Of a stretch of DNA of 8,403 bases, positions 7,920-8,403 are shown in pieces. Made by a program: the position numbers and the translations under genes. The notes under the pieces were generated by a model. It worked only from the letters and a program-made list of their open reading frames with translations, searched no databases and had not been told where the DNA came from. Positions within the stretch are counted from its first letter, which is position 1. The number at the start of each line of letters is the position of its first letter. Origin of the DNA: Octopus sinensis (taxonomy: Eukaryota); contig NW_021828530.1 in NCBI RefSeq assembly GCF_006345805.1, positions 1-8,403 on the forward strand, read 5' to 3'.

Positions 7920-8207
7920 CGCGCGTGTGTGTGTGTGTGTGTCTGTGTCTGTGTGTGCGTATGTGTGTGTGTGTGTGTATGTTTGTGTGTCTATGATGTT
8001 CACCACCAACCCACTTTTTGACAACTGGTTTTGATGTATTTGCATCTCGTAACTTAGCCGTTCGGCAAAAGCGATTGATAGAATAAATATCAGGCTTAAA
8101 AAAACAACACTATTACTGTCGGTTCATTTGACTAAAAATTCTCCAAGACGGCGTCCTAGCATGACCACCCTCTAATGACTGAAGTATGTGAAAGAAAAAG
8201 TAAAAGA
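7665..8207 (+). mobile_element. tRNA-derived SINE (copy E) with internal microsatellite and LINE-like 3' end
   Basis: Head GTGGCTGTGTGG (A-box) ... GGTTCAGTCCC (B-box-like), then ctttgggcaaaag (CORE-like). Split by (TA)n(TG)n at 7830-7992. The 3' end aagacggcgtcctagcatga resembles the LINE end aaggcggtgttccagcatga. Overall architecture is reminiscent of octopus SINEs from memory. Confidence 0.8.
7830..7992. repeat. (TA)n-(TG)n alternating purine-pyrimidine microsatellite including a GCGCGC core
   Basis: Directly visible. It explains the VC/HT-repeat ORFs 7672..8034 and 7719..8045. Confidence 0.97.
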
Positions 8208-8403
8208 TAGAATGCAATGGGGTGGGGGTGAATTTCATCTTTAGAAGTCTGGATGTTACTCTGGATTGTTTCGGCATAACTTCGACATCATCAGTTCTCT
8301 ATCCAGTCATTCGTCGTCTGGTACACACAATAACAAAGATAGCCGTTCAACTTTCTCCTGTATATCACGTTAGCTATGTGATATCGTTTCCGTAATTTTG
8401 ACA

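Overview
Eukaryotic, AT-rich, repeat-dense intronic or intergenic DNA with no recognisable intact protein-coding gene. The SINE set and the very dense (TA)n/(TATC)n/(TATG)n/(GT)n microsatellites resemble an octopus/cephalopod genome; this is recollection and inference, not a search result. The window holds six tRNA-derived SINE copies, a 5'-truncated CR1/L2-group LINE 3' end, a TA-flanked Tc1/mariner (Tc2-like) MITE, many simple repeats and an indel-free GC-rich pentamer array. The most interesting signal is the modular build of the SINEs: heads, bodies and tails recur in different combinations, one combination is flanked by a perfect 10-bp target-site duplication, two tail types end in the same CGTCG/CGACG stem-loop, and one SINE shares its 3' terminus with the LINE fragment. 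Most ORFs in the supplied track are microsatellite or SINE read-through artefacts. I see no support for a new multi-gene system. All alignments were done by eye.
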